Source: a virus
Taxonomy: Duplodnaviria > Heunggongvirae > Uroviricota > Caudoviricetes
Reading direction: 5' to 3' (one strand)
Virus record (IMG/VR): IMGVR_UViG_2724679140_000012
DNA length: 46,602 nucleotides
A model generated the notes under the pieces. That model saw nothing but the letters and a program-made list of their open reading frames with translations. It was not told the DNA's origin and did not search any database. Below, one piece after another: positions 14,922 to 23,468 of the stretch. How positions within the stretch are numbered: position 1 is the stretch's first letter; the number at the start of each line of letters is the position of its first letter. Position numbers and translations under genes: made by a program.

Positions 14922-17376
14922 TTTTTATGCGCCGCCCCATAGCATCGAGGCAGAGCAGGCGGTGATTGGTGGATTGCTTCTGGATGATGACAGCAGTGAG
15001 CGCGTCCAGAAAGTTCTGGCGATGCTGAAGCCTGATTCATTTTACAGCCGACCACACAAAATCCTTTTCGAAGAAATAACCTGAATGCACCGGGAGCAAA
15101 AGCCAGTAGATGGCCTGACGCTTTTCGATGAACTGGAGCGTAAATCGTTAACGGCGTCTGTTGGCGGTTTTGCTTATATCGCTGAGATCGCAAAGAACAC
15201 GCCAAGCGCAGCAAACATCGTTGCTTATGCAATGCAGGTTCGCGAAACCGCAATGGAACGCTACGCCATCAACCGCATGACTGAAGCGACGGAATTGCTC
15301 TATTCCCGCAACGGAATGACTGCAACGCAGAAGTACGAAGCTATTCAGGCGATTTTCACGCAACTGACAGACCATGCAAAAACCGGATCGCGTCGCGGCC
15401 TTCGCTCATTTGGTGAGGTCATGGAAGACTGGGTTAGCGACCTTGAGAAGCGATTTGACCCGTCAGGCGAACAACGAGGAATGAGCACAGGGATCCCATC
15501 GCTGGACAGGATGCTGTCACCGAAAGGTCTGGTGAAAGGCTCTCTGTTCGTCATTGGCGCTCGCCCTAAGATGGGGAAAGCGCAACCGCTTAATTCACGC
15601 ATTTTGCTTGCTGATGGTTCATGGACAACATTTCGTGACGTATGTGTTGGAGATTCCCTAGCATCAGTGGATGGACAACCATCATTCGTGTCTGGAGTTT
15701 TTCCTCAAGGGGAGCGAGATATTTACCGAGTTACGTTCTCTGACGGAAGAACCGTTGATTGCGCGGATGATCATTTGTGGGAAATTCATAGTAACCGTAT
15801 TACCGGTGGCGTTGATGTTGTAGACACCTGCCGCCTACGGGACATGATGGAATGCGTTCGCTATCAAAGCCGCATTCATGTTCCTGGTATTAGCGGTGAC
15901 TTCGGATTGCCTGTTGATTTAGGGATTAGCCCATGGCTGTTAGGTGCGTTACTTGGCGATGGAAATCTTGCAGGTACGCCACGAATCAGCATGACGGAAC
16001 CATACATCATTGAGCGAGTAAGATCTGAAGTGGGTGACGATATTGAAGTCAGGCATGTTTCTGGCTGCGATTACTCCCTATCTCACAAGTTTAGCCGCAA
16101 ATTATCTCTTACGCGGGTTATGCAACGGCTTGGTATCTACGGCCGGATGTCAGAGATTAAAATTATCCCGGATATTATTTTTTCTGCTGATAAGCAAACT
16201 CGTATTGATGTTCTATGCGGATTACTTGAAACCGATGGTTGGGTTGAAGGAAATAATGCCCTGCGCTTTAGCTCGGCAAGCAAGTTCCTGTCAGATGGTG
16301 TAAAGCGGCTGGTGCATTCTCTTGGTGGCGTGTGTCGTATGACAACCAAACAGGAGCCGAAATTCAGTTATAAGGGAGAAATGCGCAAAGGTATGGATGC
16401 CCATATTTGCGCAATCAGGTTGCCTGATGAGGTTCTATCACACATAAAATCTCCACGCCTGAAGCAAAAATTCACTGCAAAACGCATCAAAACAAGTGCG
16501 CCTGTTATCACGTCGGTTGAGTATATTGGACGTGAAGAGTGCATTTGCATCATGGTATCCCACGAGAGACATTTGTATGCAACTGACGGATACATTCTAA
16601 CCCACAACACCACGCTATACAGCCAGATGGCAATCAATTGCGCAGTGCATGAGAAAAAGCCCGCTCTGATGTTCAGCCTTGAAATGCCAGGTGATCAGAT
16701 ACTGGAAAAACTGGTAGGGCAGAAGTCTGGTGTTAACCCGAATATTTTTTACCTTCCGGCGACAAATGACGCCGATGACGGCTATCAGGGTGATTACGAT
16801 GGTGACTTCAACAGGGCGATCGAAACAGCCAATCGCTTGAGTGAAATCGACATGCTTTACATCGACGACACGCCGGGATTATCTCTGGCTCAAATCGTCA
16901 GCGAAAGCCGTCGAATCAAGCGAGAAAAAGGATGTGTTGGCATGATTCTGGTCGATTACCTGACACTAATGACCGCTGAGAAGGCCGATCGCAACGACCT
17001 TGCTTACGGCATGATCACCAAAGGACTGAAGAACCTTGCCAAAGAGCTTGATTGCGTTGTTGTGCTTCTGACACAGCTTAACCGCGCACTGGAAAGCCGA
17101 ACCAATAAACGCCCATTACCAAGTGACTCACGAGATACAGGGCAGATTGAACAGGATTGCGATTATTGGGTCGGGATCCATCGTGAAGGCGCTTTTGATG
17201 ACAGTGTTCCACCTGGGGAAACTGAACTAATCCTTCGTCTCAATCGTCATGGCAATACCGGCACGGTGTATTGCATTCAGGCAAATGGCTCTATTTATGA
17301 CACAGACCAACAGTCCGCTGAAATGCGCCGCCGTGAACGCGAGGAACCGCAATCCAAGAAGAAAGGAGGATTCTGA
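14911..17376 (+). CDS. DnaB-family replicative helicase (P22 gene-12-like) containing an intein; reading frame interrupted by in-frame TGA at 15082-15084
   Basis: N-terminal PPHSIEAEQAVIGGLLLDD and VGGFAYIAEIAKNTPSAANI align with E. coli DnaB; Walker A GARPKMGK is split from TTLYSQ by a 343-aa insertion; ORF track shows 14896..15084 and 15085..17376 in the same frame separated by TGA. Confidence 0.85.
15580..16608 (+). other. Intein (343 aa) with LAGLIDADG homing-endonuclease domain inserted in the helicase P-loop
   Basis: Insertion directly after GK of Walker A; ends THN followed by extein Thr; two LAGLIDADG-like motifs (LLGALLGDGNL, LCGLLETDGWV); first residue Ala; Trp in block B (DHLW), Cys in block F (CICIMV), Thr before HN. 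Confidence 0.8.
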
Positions 17377-17405
17377 TGACCATCTACATCACTGAGCTAA
17401 TAACA

Positions 17406-17433
17406 GGGGCTATTTACACAGTAGCCCTTTTTT
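17406..17433 (+). terminator. Intrinsic terminator after the helicase gene
   Basis: Hairpin GGGGCTA-loop-TAGCCC followed by TTTTTT. Confidence 0.7.
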
Positions 17434-17460
17434 ATTGGATTAAGAACGAGGGGGATCCTG

Positions 17461-17664
17461 GTGGACACCGTTAACGGAATGTGTTCAGACGCACCGCGTG
17501 CCAAAAAATGTAAATGCGGAAAATCACCGACAATATTCGACATGGAGAACGGATGCCAAATCTACTGCGCTAACCACGCTGCTGTGGCTGCCGCGAATTA
17601 TCGCAGTGCGGTAACGGAGTGGAATAACCTGAAATCTGTTAGAGATGGAAGTCATGAATCTTGA
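17461..17664 (+). CDS. Hypothetical small Cys-rich protein, 67 aa (GTG start)
   Basis: GTG with GAGGGGGA upstream; KKCKCGKS...CQIYC suggests a zinc-ribbon. Confidence 0.5.
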   Translation: MDTVNGMCSDAPRAKKCKCGKSPTIFDMENGCQIYCANHAAVAAANYRSAVTEWNNLKSVRDGSHES

Positions 17665-17836
17665 CGAGCAAGATGCACAAACTATTAGCTCATACATAAG
17701 GGCATCAAGACCAGATTACAAAGGTCCGGTATTCGTAGATTTATCTCGCCTTGAGGAGATTTACATGTGGGAAGCAAAGCTACGTACGCATCTTTTTATT
17801 CGCAAGATGACTAGCAACATTACAAAACCAATGTAA
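17645..17836 (+). CDS. Hypothetical protein, 63 aa
   Basis: ORF in nin-region spacing; weak RBS. Confidence 0.45.
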   Translation: MEVMNLDEQDAQTISSYIRASRPDYKGPVFVDLSRLEEIYMWEAKLRTHLFIRKMTSNITKPM

Positions 17837-17850
17837 CTGGAGAGGTGAAT

Positions 17851-18066
17851 ATGAGCACACTAGCAGACCTTATTCATGCCGATATGGCGGAAGATGGAGC
17901 AAGGCGTAATAGGTACTGGAAATCATCAATCCTTCCAGTTTGTGAAAGATTCAACCACAGGCCAAAACCAAAACGTAGTCGAAGAGACAAGGTGTTGAAA
18001 AAACTCATGCAAATTAACATGGCTGGTTTTGTCAGATTCGTGAGTGAAACGATTAACGGGGATTGA
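17851..18066 (+). CDS. Hypothetical protein, 71 aa
   Basis: ATG at 17851 with GGAGAGG upstream. Confidence 0.5.
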   Translation: MSTLADLIHADMAEDGARRNRYWKSSILPVCERFNHRPKPKRSRRDKVLKKLMQINMAGFVRFVSETINGD

Positions 18067-18067
18067 T

Positions 18068-18256
18068 ATGGACGATAACTTAGAGAGATTTGAAGATTGG
18101 TGCGCTGATGAACTTGGTGTCTCCGCTTGCTTCATTCGACAAATGCGAAGCAAGAATATTTTGGGCGTGATTGTGTATAAACGAGTTGAAATAAACAAGA
18201 GATACAGGGCTTGGATGGCCGCAGTTCGCGCTGCTGGAGTCAAAGTGAAGGAGTAA
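18068..18256 (+). CDS. Hypothetical protein, 62 aa
   Basis: ATG at 18068 two nt after upstream stop; GGGGA upstream. Confidence 0.5.
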   Translation: MDDNLERFEDWCADELGVSACFIRQMRSKNILGVIVYKRVEINKRYRAWMAAVRAAGVKVKE

Positions 18257-18258
18257 CG

Positions 18259-18669
18259 ATGAAGCAAACAATCTTCCTCCGAAGTAAGCAACAACAGCAA
18301 GCCGCAATAAATGCCATCCTCTCAACTCCTCTCGATAAAGACAAGCCAGTCACCATCCGCATTACTGACTACAAGCGCAACCTTGACCAGAACGCAAAAT
18401 TTCACGCGATGGTCGCAGATATCGCTAGGCAAGTTCAGTGGCGCGATAAATGGTTAAAACCAGAACAATGGAAGGTTTTGTTGATCAGCGGTCATGCAGT
18501 GGCAACAAAGCAGGAAGCTGATGTTTTGCCCGGCCTTGAAGGTGAATACGTCAACATTCGCGAAAGCAGCGCACAGATGAGCGTGAAGCGCATGGCAAGC
18601 CTGATTGAGTACACGACAGCATGGGCTATTGGTCAGGGTGTCAGATTTACAGACAGGAGGTACGAATGA
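18259..18669 (+). CDS. ninB: NinB recombination protein, 136 aa
   Basis: [21 protein letters not shown]...[19 protein letters not shown] resembles lambda NinB. Confidence 0.9.
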   Translation: MKQTIFLRSKQQQQAAINAILSTPLDKDKPVTIRITDYKRNLDQNAKFHAMVADIARQVQWRDKWLKPEQWKVLLISGHAVATKQEADVLPGLEGEYVNIRESSAQMSVKRMASLIEYTTAWAIGQGVRFTDRRYE

Positions 18670-18842
18670 GACGACAGCGACGAAGTATCACCGACATAAT
18701 CTGTGAAAACTGCAAATACCTTCCAACGAAACGCTCCAGAAATAAACGCAAGCCAATCCCAAAAGAATCTGACGTAAAAACCTTCAACTACACGGCTCAC
18801 CTGTGGGATATCCGGTGGCTAAGACATCGTGCGAGGAAATGA
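18666..18842 (+). CDS. ninE: NinE-family protein, 58 aa
   Basis: [58 protein letters not shown]; ATG overlaps ninB stop (ATGA); AGGAGG upstream. Confidence 0.8.
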   Translation: MRRQRRSITDIICENCKYLPTKRSRNKRKPIPKESDVKTFNYTAHLWDIRWLRHRARK

Positions 18843-18844
18843 CA

Positions 18845-19246
18845 ATGCTTTTAATTCAACCTGGATTTGGCCTTAGCATCAAAAAAGGGCACATGTTTGG
18901 CGAGAAAGAGTCTCAACGAAAAATGGTGTCTATCCAGTTGCCATTTATCAGTATTTATTGGCTAAACAGGGAGGCAACAAATTATTGGTATACATGCGCC
19001 AGAGCAGCATTTAACGACCCTGACTGGTTTGTGAAAAACCACCACGCAGTTCGTCAGGCAAAGAGAAAGGCCAATACGACATACATGAAGGCATATCGAA
19101 AAGCATGGAAAGAACACCGCGATCGATACCAGCAAGACATGGAAAAGCTTGAATCAGAAAACATGGAATTAAGACGAAAGCTTGGTGAAGCAAAACGAGA
19201 CATTGATGCTTACAAGCGACTTTTTAATGGTGAAAGCCATGCTTAG
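18845..19246 (+). CDS. Hypothetical protein inserted between ninE and ninF, ~133 aa (start uncertain)
   Basis: ORF between two recognisable nin genes; basic coiled-coil C-terminus; GAGGAA 7 nt upstream of ATG 18845. Confidence 0.6.
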   Translation: MLLIQPGFGLSIKKGHMFGEKESQRKMVSIQLPFISIYWLNREATNYWYTCARAAFNDPDWFVKNHHAVRQAKRKANTTYMKAYRKAWKEHRDRYQQDMEKLESENMELRRKLGEAKRDIDAYKRLFNGESHA

Positions 19247-19415
19247 TCCATCCCAATCTCTTCAATACCAGAAAGAAAGCGTCGAGCGGGCTTTAACGTG
19301 CGCTAACTGCGGTCAGAAGCTGCATGTGCTGGAAGTTCACGTGTGTGAGCACTGCTGCGCAGAACTGATGAGCGATCCTAATAGCTCGATGCACGAGGAA
19401 GAAGACGATGAATGA
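19239..19415 (+). CDS. ninF: NinF, 58 aa
   Basis: MLSPSQSLQYQKESVERALTCANCGQKLHVLEVHVCEHCCAELMSDPNSSMHEEEDDE matches lambda NinF as I recall it. Confidence 0.85.
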   Translation: MLSPSQSLQYQKESVERALTCANCGQKLHVLEVHVCEHCCAELMSDPNSSMHEEEDDE

Positions 19416-20130
19416 GTTAATAAATGGCAATGCCATCAAAATGACAAGCATTGAAATTGCTGAGTTGGTTGGTAAGCGTCATGACAATGTGAAACGTACC
19501 ATCGAAACGCTGGCTAAAAATGGTGTTATCCGACTTCCTCAAATTGAGGATTGTGGAAGAATCAATGGGTTAGGCTTAAATCAAAGTTTTTGTGTGTATG
19601 TATTCGAAGGCGAACAAGGAAAGCGAGACAGTATTGTCGTTGTAGCCCAGTTGTCGCCGGAATTCACCGCTCGTCTTGTTGACCGTTGGCGAGAGCTTGA
19701 AGAAACTGCGGTTAATATCCCCAAAACGTTACCGGAAGCGTTGCGCCTTGCTGCTGATCTTGCTGAGCAGAAAATGCAACTGGAAAACCAGCTCGCAATT
19801 GCCGCACCTAAAGTTGAGTTTGCCGATCGAGTTGGCGAGGCCAGCGGAATTTTGATTGGAAACTTTGCAAAGGTTGTCGGTATTGGTCCAAACAAACTGT
19901 TTGCGTGGATGCGCGATCACAAAATACTTATTGCTTCAGGTTCCCGGCGCAATGTGCCAATGCAGGAATATATGGAGCGCGGCTATTTCACAGTGAAAGA
20001 AACAGCGGTCAACACAAATCACGGAATACAGATATCGTTCACCACAAAAATCACCGGGCGTGGCCAACAGTGGCTGACCAGAAAGCTGCTCGATAACGGA
20101 ATGCTGAAAGTAACAGGGGAGGCTGCTTAA
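19408..20130 (+). CDS. Rha-family regulatory protein / antirepressor with KilA-C-type C-terminal domain, 240 aa
   Basis: N-terminal MTSIEIAELVGKRHDNVKRTIETL (Rha-like) and C-terminal FAKVVGIGPNKLFAWMRDHKIL (KilAC-like). Confidence 0.75.
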   Translation: MNELINGNAIKMTSIEIAELVGKRHDNVKRTIETLAKNGVIRLPQIEDCGRINGLGLNQSFCVYVFEGEQGKRDSIVVVAQLSPEFTARLVDRWRELEETAVNIPKTLPEALRLAADLAEQKMQLENQLAIAAPKVEFADRVGEASGILIGNFAKVVGIGPNKLFAWMRDHKILIASGSRRNVPMQEYMERGYFTVKETAVNTNHGIQISFTTKITGRGQQWLTRKLLDNGMLKVTGEAA

Positions 20131-20420
20131 TGGCTAACCTACGCAAAGAAGCGCGCGGAAGAGAATGCCAGGTACGTATTTACGGCGTATGCAATGGCAA
20201 TCCTGAAACCACAGTTCTGGCACATTACCGGATGGCTGGAATTTGCGGAACGGGAATGAAGCCTGACGACCTGATCGGCGCATGGGCTTGTAGCGCGTGT
20301 CACGATGAAATCGACCGACGCACCCATAACCTCGACAACAAAGACGCCAGACTTTACCACCTCGAAGGCGTAATCAGGACGCAGGCGATACTGCTGAAGG
20401 AGGGGAAGATTAAGTCATGA
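20130..20420 (+). CDS. DUF1364-type Cys-rich nin-region protein, 96 aa
   Basis: Conserved Cys/His pattern (CQVRIYGVCNG...CSACHDEID) typical of a small nin-region family. Confidence 0.7.
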   Translation: MANLRKEARGRECQVRIYGVCNGNPETTVLAHYRMAGICGTGMKPDDLIGAWACSACHDEIDRRTHNLDNKDARLYHLEGVIRTQAILLKEGKIKS

Positions 20421-20779
20421 ACGAATATCAGTTTGTGCTTCCATACCCGCCGTCGGTGAACACCTACTGGCGAAGACGGGGAAGCCAATACTACATCAGC
20501 GATAAAGGCCAGAAATACCGAAAAGACGTTCAGCAAATCATCCGCCAACTCAAGTTAGATATTTTCACCAAATCACGACTCCGCATCAAAGTCATCGCAG
20601 ACGTTCCAGACTCCCGCCGCCGAGACCTCGATAACATCCTGAAAGGTTTACTCGACTCCCTTATCCACGCCGGATTTGCGGAAGACGACGAGCAATTCGA
20701 TGACATTCGCGTAATTCGTGGCGTGAAAGTACCAGGCGGAAGGCTTGGAATAAAAATCACCGAACTGGAGAACGCATGA
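20417..20779 (+). CDS. rusA: RusA Holliday-junction resolvase, 120 aa
   Basis: MNEYQFVLPYPPSVNTYWRRRG... and acidic catalytic residues (DLDNILK); nin-region position. Confidence 0.9.
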   Translation: MNEYQFVLPYPPSVNTYWRRRGSQYYISDKGQKYRKDVQQIIRQLKLDIFTKSRLRIKVIADVPDSRRRDLDNILKGLLDSLIHAGFAEDDEQFDDIRVIRGVKVPGGRLGIKITELENA

Positions 20780-20964
20780 ACGCCACAATTCAAACGATAC
20801 CAGAGCTTCTTATCCAGACACGAGGCAATCAGACCGAAGTGGCAAGGATGCTTTCCTGCGCAAGAGGAACAGTGCTCAAGTACAACCGAGACAGCAAAGG
20901 CGAGCGTCATGTAATAGTTAACGGCGTCCTGATGGTCAAACACGGCAAGAGGGGAAGACGATGA
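20776..20964 (+). CDS. ninH: NinH-like protein, 62 aa
   Basis: TIPELLIQTRGNQTEVARMLSCARGTVLKY parallels lambda NinH. Confidence 0.85.
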   Translation: MNATIQTIPELLIQTRGNQTEVARMLSCARGTVLKYNRDSKGERHVIVNGVLMVKHGKRGRR

Positions 20965-21584
20965 GACTCGAAAGCGTAGCTAAATTTCATTCGCCAAAAA
21001 GCCCGATGATGAGCGACTCACCACGGGCTACGGCTTCTGACTCTCTTTCCGGTACTGATGTGATGGCTGCTATGGGGATGGCGCAATCACAAGCCGGATT
21101 CGGAATGGCTGCATTCTGTGGTAAGCACGAACTCAGCCAGAACGACAAACAAAAGGCTATCAACTATCTGATGCAATTTGCACACAAGGTATCGGGGAAA
21201 TACCGTGGCGTGGCAAAGCTTGAAGGAAATACTAAGGCAAAGGTACTGCAAGTGCTCGCAACATTCGCTTATGCGGATTATTGCCGTAGTGCCGCGACGC
21301 CGGGCGCAAGATGCAGAGATTGCCACGGTACAGGCCGTGCGGTTGATATAGCCAAAACGGAGCAGTGGGGGAGAGTTGTTGAGAAAGAATGCGGAAGATG
21401 CAAAGGTGTCGGCTATTCAAGAATGCCAGCAAGCGCCGCATATCGCGCTGTGACGATGCTAATCCCAAATCTTACCCAACCCACCTGGTCACGCACTGTT
21501 AAGCCGCTGTATGACGCTCTGGTGGTGCAATGCCACAAAGAAGAGTCAATCGCAGACAACATTTTGAATGCGGTCACACGTTAG
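20961..21584 (+). CDS. Q: Late-gene antiterminator Q (lambda-type), 207 aa
   Basis: MRLESVAKFHSPKSPMMSDSPRATASDSLSGTD... appears near-identical to lambda Q; followed by lambda-like pR'. Confidence 0.95.
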   Translation: MRLESVAKFHSPKSPMMSDSPRATASDSLSGTDVMAAMGMAQSQAGFGMAAFCGKHELSQNDKQKAINYLMQFAHKVSGKYRGVAKLEGNTKAKVLQVLATFAYADYCRSAATPGARCRDCHGTGRAVDIAKTEQWGRVVEKECGRCKGVGYSRMPASAAYRAVTMLIPNLTQPTWSRTVKPLYDALVVQCHKEESIADNILNAVTR

Positions 21585-21626
21585 CAGCATGATTGCCACG
21601 GATGGCAACATATTAACGGCATGATA

Positions 21627-21655
21627 TTGACTTTTTGAATAAAGTTGGGTAAATT
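21627..21655 (+). promoter_or_regulatory. Late promoter pR' (-35 TTGACT, 17-bp spacer, -10 TAAATT) with qut region immediately downstream
   Basis: Sequence AAAGTTGGGTAAATTTGACCCAACGATGG parallels the lambda pR'/qut region. Confidence 0.8.
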
Positions 21656-21690
21656 TGACCCAACGATGGATAAATGCACTCGTTAAATAA

Positions 21691-21720
21691 AGCCCTGAGT
21701 TAATAGCTCGGGGCTTTTTG
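21691..21720 (+). terminator. tR'-like intrinsic terminator of the short pR' transcript
   Basis: Hairpin AGCCCUGAG-loop-CUCGGGGCU followed by UUUUU, about 30-60 nt downstream of the predicted start. Confidence 0.75.
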
Positions 21721-22019
21721 CGTTTTAAGCACGGCCTTTCTGAAAGCACATCAAACCAAATACCAGACAGACAAAAATAATCACCTTATCCGCTGTGGCT
21801 ACGGTGCGGTGTGCTTTGCATAAAAGAAAACCAGCTCAATGGCTGGCTTCGTGAAAGCGGGTGGCAAGAGGTTGCGCTAACAACCTCCTGCCGTTTTGCC
21901 CGTGCATATCGGTCACGAACAAACCTGATTACTAAACACAGTAGCCTGGATTTGTTCTATCAGTAATCGACCTTATTCCTAATTAAATAGAGCAAATCCC
22001 CTCAATGAAGGGGTAGAGC

Positions 22020-22223
22020 ATGTACCGTATGGACAAAATCAGAGAATGGTTCAGTTACAGCTTCGGAGGACTGACTGCGATGGGTGGCATTCTCTCCCTG
22101 AATGACTGGGCTGTCATCATTGGTATTCTTTGTACTGTCGGCACATTTGGCATCAACTGGTACTACAAGCGCAAAGAGCGCGAGGACAGATTGAATGGCA
22201 ATGTCACCGGCACTACGAAATAG
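22020..22223 (+). CDS. Holin, class II (two TM segments) with dual-start motif MYRM, 67 aa
   Basis: Two hydrophobic segments; Met1 and Met4 separated by Tyr-Arg; directly upstream of endolysin; upstream sequence lambda-like. Confidence 0.8.
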   Translation: MYRMDKIREWFSYSFGGLTAMGGILSLNDWAVIIGILCTVGTFGINWYYKRKEREDRLNGNVTGTTK

Positions 22224-22698
22224 CGTAATAGCGGCGATAAGTGGCGGGGCTATTGCTATAGCATCTGTGTTAATCACTGGACCGAGTGGTAACGATGGTC
22301 TGGAAGGTGTCAGCTACATACCATACAAAGATATTGTTGGTGTATGGACTGTATGTCACGGACACACTGGAAAAGACATCATGCTCGGTAAAACGTATAC
22401 CGAAGCAGAATGCAAAGCTCTCCTGAATAAAGACCTTGCCACTGTTGCCAGACAAATTAACCCGTACATCAAAGTCGATATACCGGAAACAACGCGCGGC
22501 GCTCTTTATTCGTTCGTCTATAACGTGGGCGCAGGCAATTTCAGAACATCGACGCTTCTTCGCAAAATCAACCAGGGCGATATCAAGGGCGCATGTGACC
22601 AGCTACGTCGCTGGACATACGCTGGCGGTAAGCAATGGAAAGGCCTGATGACTCGTCGTGAGATTGAGCGTGAAGTCTGTTTGTGGGGGCAACAATGA
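22195..22698 (+). CDS. SAR-endolysin (lysozyme with N-terminal signal-anchor-release domain), phage-21 R-like, 167 aa
   Basis: N-terminal Gly/Ala-rich weakly hydrophobic segment [15 protein letters not shown] followed by a lysozyme domain; resembles P21 R as I recall it. Confidence 0.88.
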   Translation: MAMSPALRNSVIAAISGGAIAIASVLITGPSGNDGLEGVSYIPYKDIVGVWTVCHGHTGKDIMLGKTYTEAECKALLNKDLATVARQINPYIKVDIPETTRGALYSFVYNVGAGNFRTSTLLRKINQGDIKGACDQLRRWTYAGGKQWKGLMTRREIEREVCLWGQQ

Positions 22699-23162
22699 GC
22701 AGAGTAACCGCGATTATCTCCGCTCTGGTTATCTGCATCATCGTCTGCCTGTCGTGGGCGGTCAATCATTACCGTGATAACGCCATCGCCTACAAAGAAC
22801 AGCGAGATAAAAAAGTCAGTGAGCTGAAGCAGGCGACCGCCACCATTACTGACATGCAGCAGCGCCAGCGTTCTGCTGATGCACTCGATGCTAAATACAC
22901 GAAGGAGTTAGCTGATGCGAAAGCTGAAAATGATGCTCTTCGGCGCAAGCTTGATAATGGTGGTCGGGTGTTCGTCAAAGGAAAATGCCCTGTGCCATCC
23001 TCAGCCGAAACCTCCAGCGCCTCCGGCATGGGCAATGATGCCACCGTCGAACTCTCTCCAGTTGCTGGACGAAACGTTCTCGGTATCCGGGACGGAATTA
23101 TCCGCGACCAAACAGCACTGAGAACGCTTCAGGAATACATCAGGACGCAATGCCTTCGATGA
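22695..23162 (+). CDS. Rz: Rz i-spanin, 155 aa
   Basis: [40 protein letters not shown] parallels lambda Rz; N-terminal TM plus coiled-coil. Confidence 0.92.
   Translation: MSRVTAIISALVICIIVCLSWAVNHYRDNAIAYKEQRDKKVSELKQATATITDMQQRQRSADALDAKYTKELADAKAENDALRRKLDNGGRVFVKGKCPVPSSAETSSASGMGNDATVELSPVAGRNVLGIRDGIIRDQTALRTLQEYIRTQCLR
22915..23121 (+). CDS. Rz1: Rz1 o-spanin lipoprotein embedded in Rz (+1 frame)
   Basis: Lipobox VVGCSS and Pro-rich segment [11 protein letters not shown], nested within Rz as in lambda. Confidence 0.85.
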   Translation: MRKLKMMLFGASLIMVVGCSSKENALCHPQPKPPAPPAWAMMPPSNSLQLLDETFSVSGTELSATKQH

Positions 23163-23302
23163 TAGCGATAATTTTACTCATCATCCTTCACATCTGGCTC
23201 TGTAGACAGGATGGTGATCACTTCTGGAGTGAATCCAGATTAAACATCTCATTGCTGATGCTTGATATTGAGCATCTTGCGCGCGGTAAGGGGCTGCGTT
23301 GA
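23159..23302 (+). CDS. Possible 47-aa membrane protein coupled to Rz ([23 protein letters not shown]...)
   Basis: ATG overlaps the Rz stop (ATGA); N-terminal TM helix; below the ORF-track cutoff, translated by hand. Confidence 0.3.
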   Translation: MIAIILLIILHIWLCRQDGDHFWSESRLNISLLMLDIEHLARGKGLR

Positions 23303-23336
23303 GATAAGAGCCAGTCATTACAAATACCAGGATTTA

Positions 23337-23359
23337 GCCTCGCATTCGCGGGGCTTTTT
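23337..23359 (+). terminator. Intrinsic terminator after the lysis cassette
   Basis: Hairpin GCCUCGC-AUUC-GCGGGGC followed by UUUUU. Confidence 0.6.
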
Positions 23360-23362
23360 ATT

Positions 23363-23406
23363 GCCATTATCAAAGCCACTCCCTACAGAGTGGCTTTGAT
23401 AATGGC
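23363..23406. repeat. Perfect 19-bp inverted repeat GCCATTATCAAAGCCACTC / GAGTGGCTTTGATAATGGC with 6-nt spacer
   Basis: Read directly; lies 60 bp upstream of the terminase small-subunit gene. Confidence 0.9.
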
Positions 23407-23468
23407 TTATACCCTACACGGGATAACTTAACTGATATCCCTTTTAACGGATAAACGGAGCACAAATA

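Noticed and set aside
14550-16637. Minus-strand ORFs overlapping the O-like and helicase genes (14550..14909, 14882..15253, 15148..15375, 15345..15602, 16137..16349, 16368..16637) and plus ORF 16034..16303
   Set aside because: All lie within the coding sequence of genes with strong homology-based support; no independent evidence
23162-23468. Lambda-type cos site between the lysis and terminase genes
   Set aside because: No recognisable lambda cos sequence; the terminase small subunit is of a different type, so packaging is probably not lambda-like. Only the palindrome is reported
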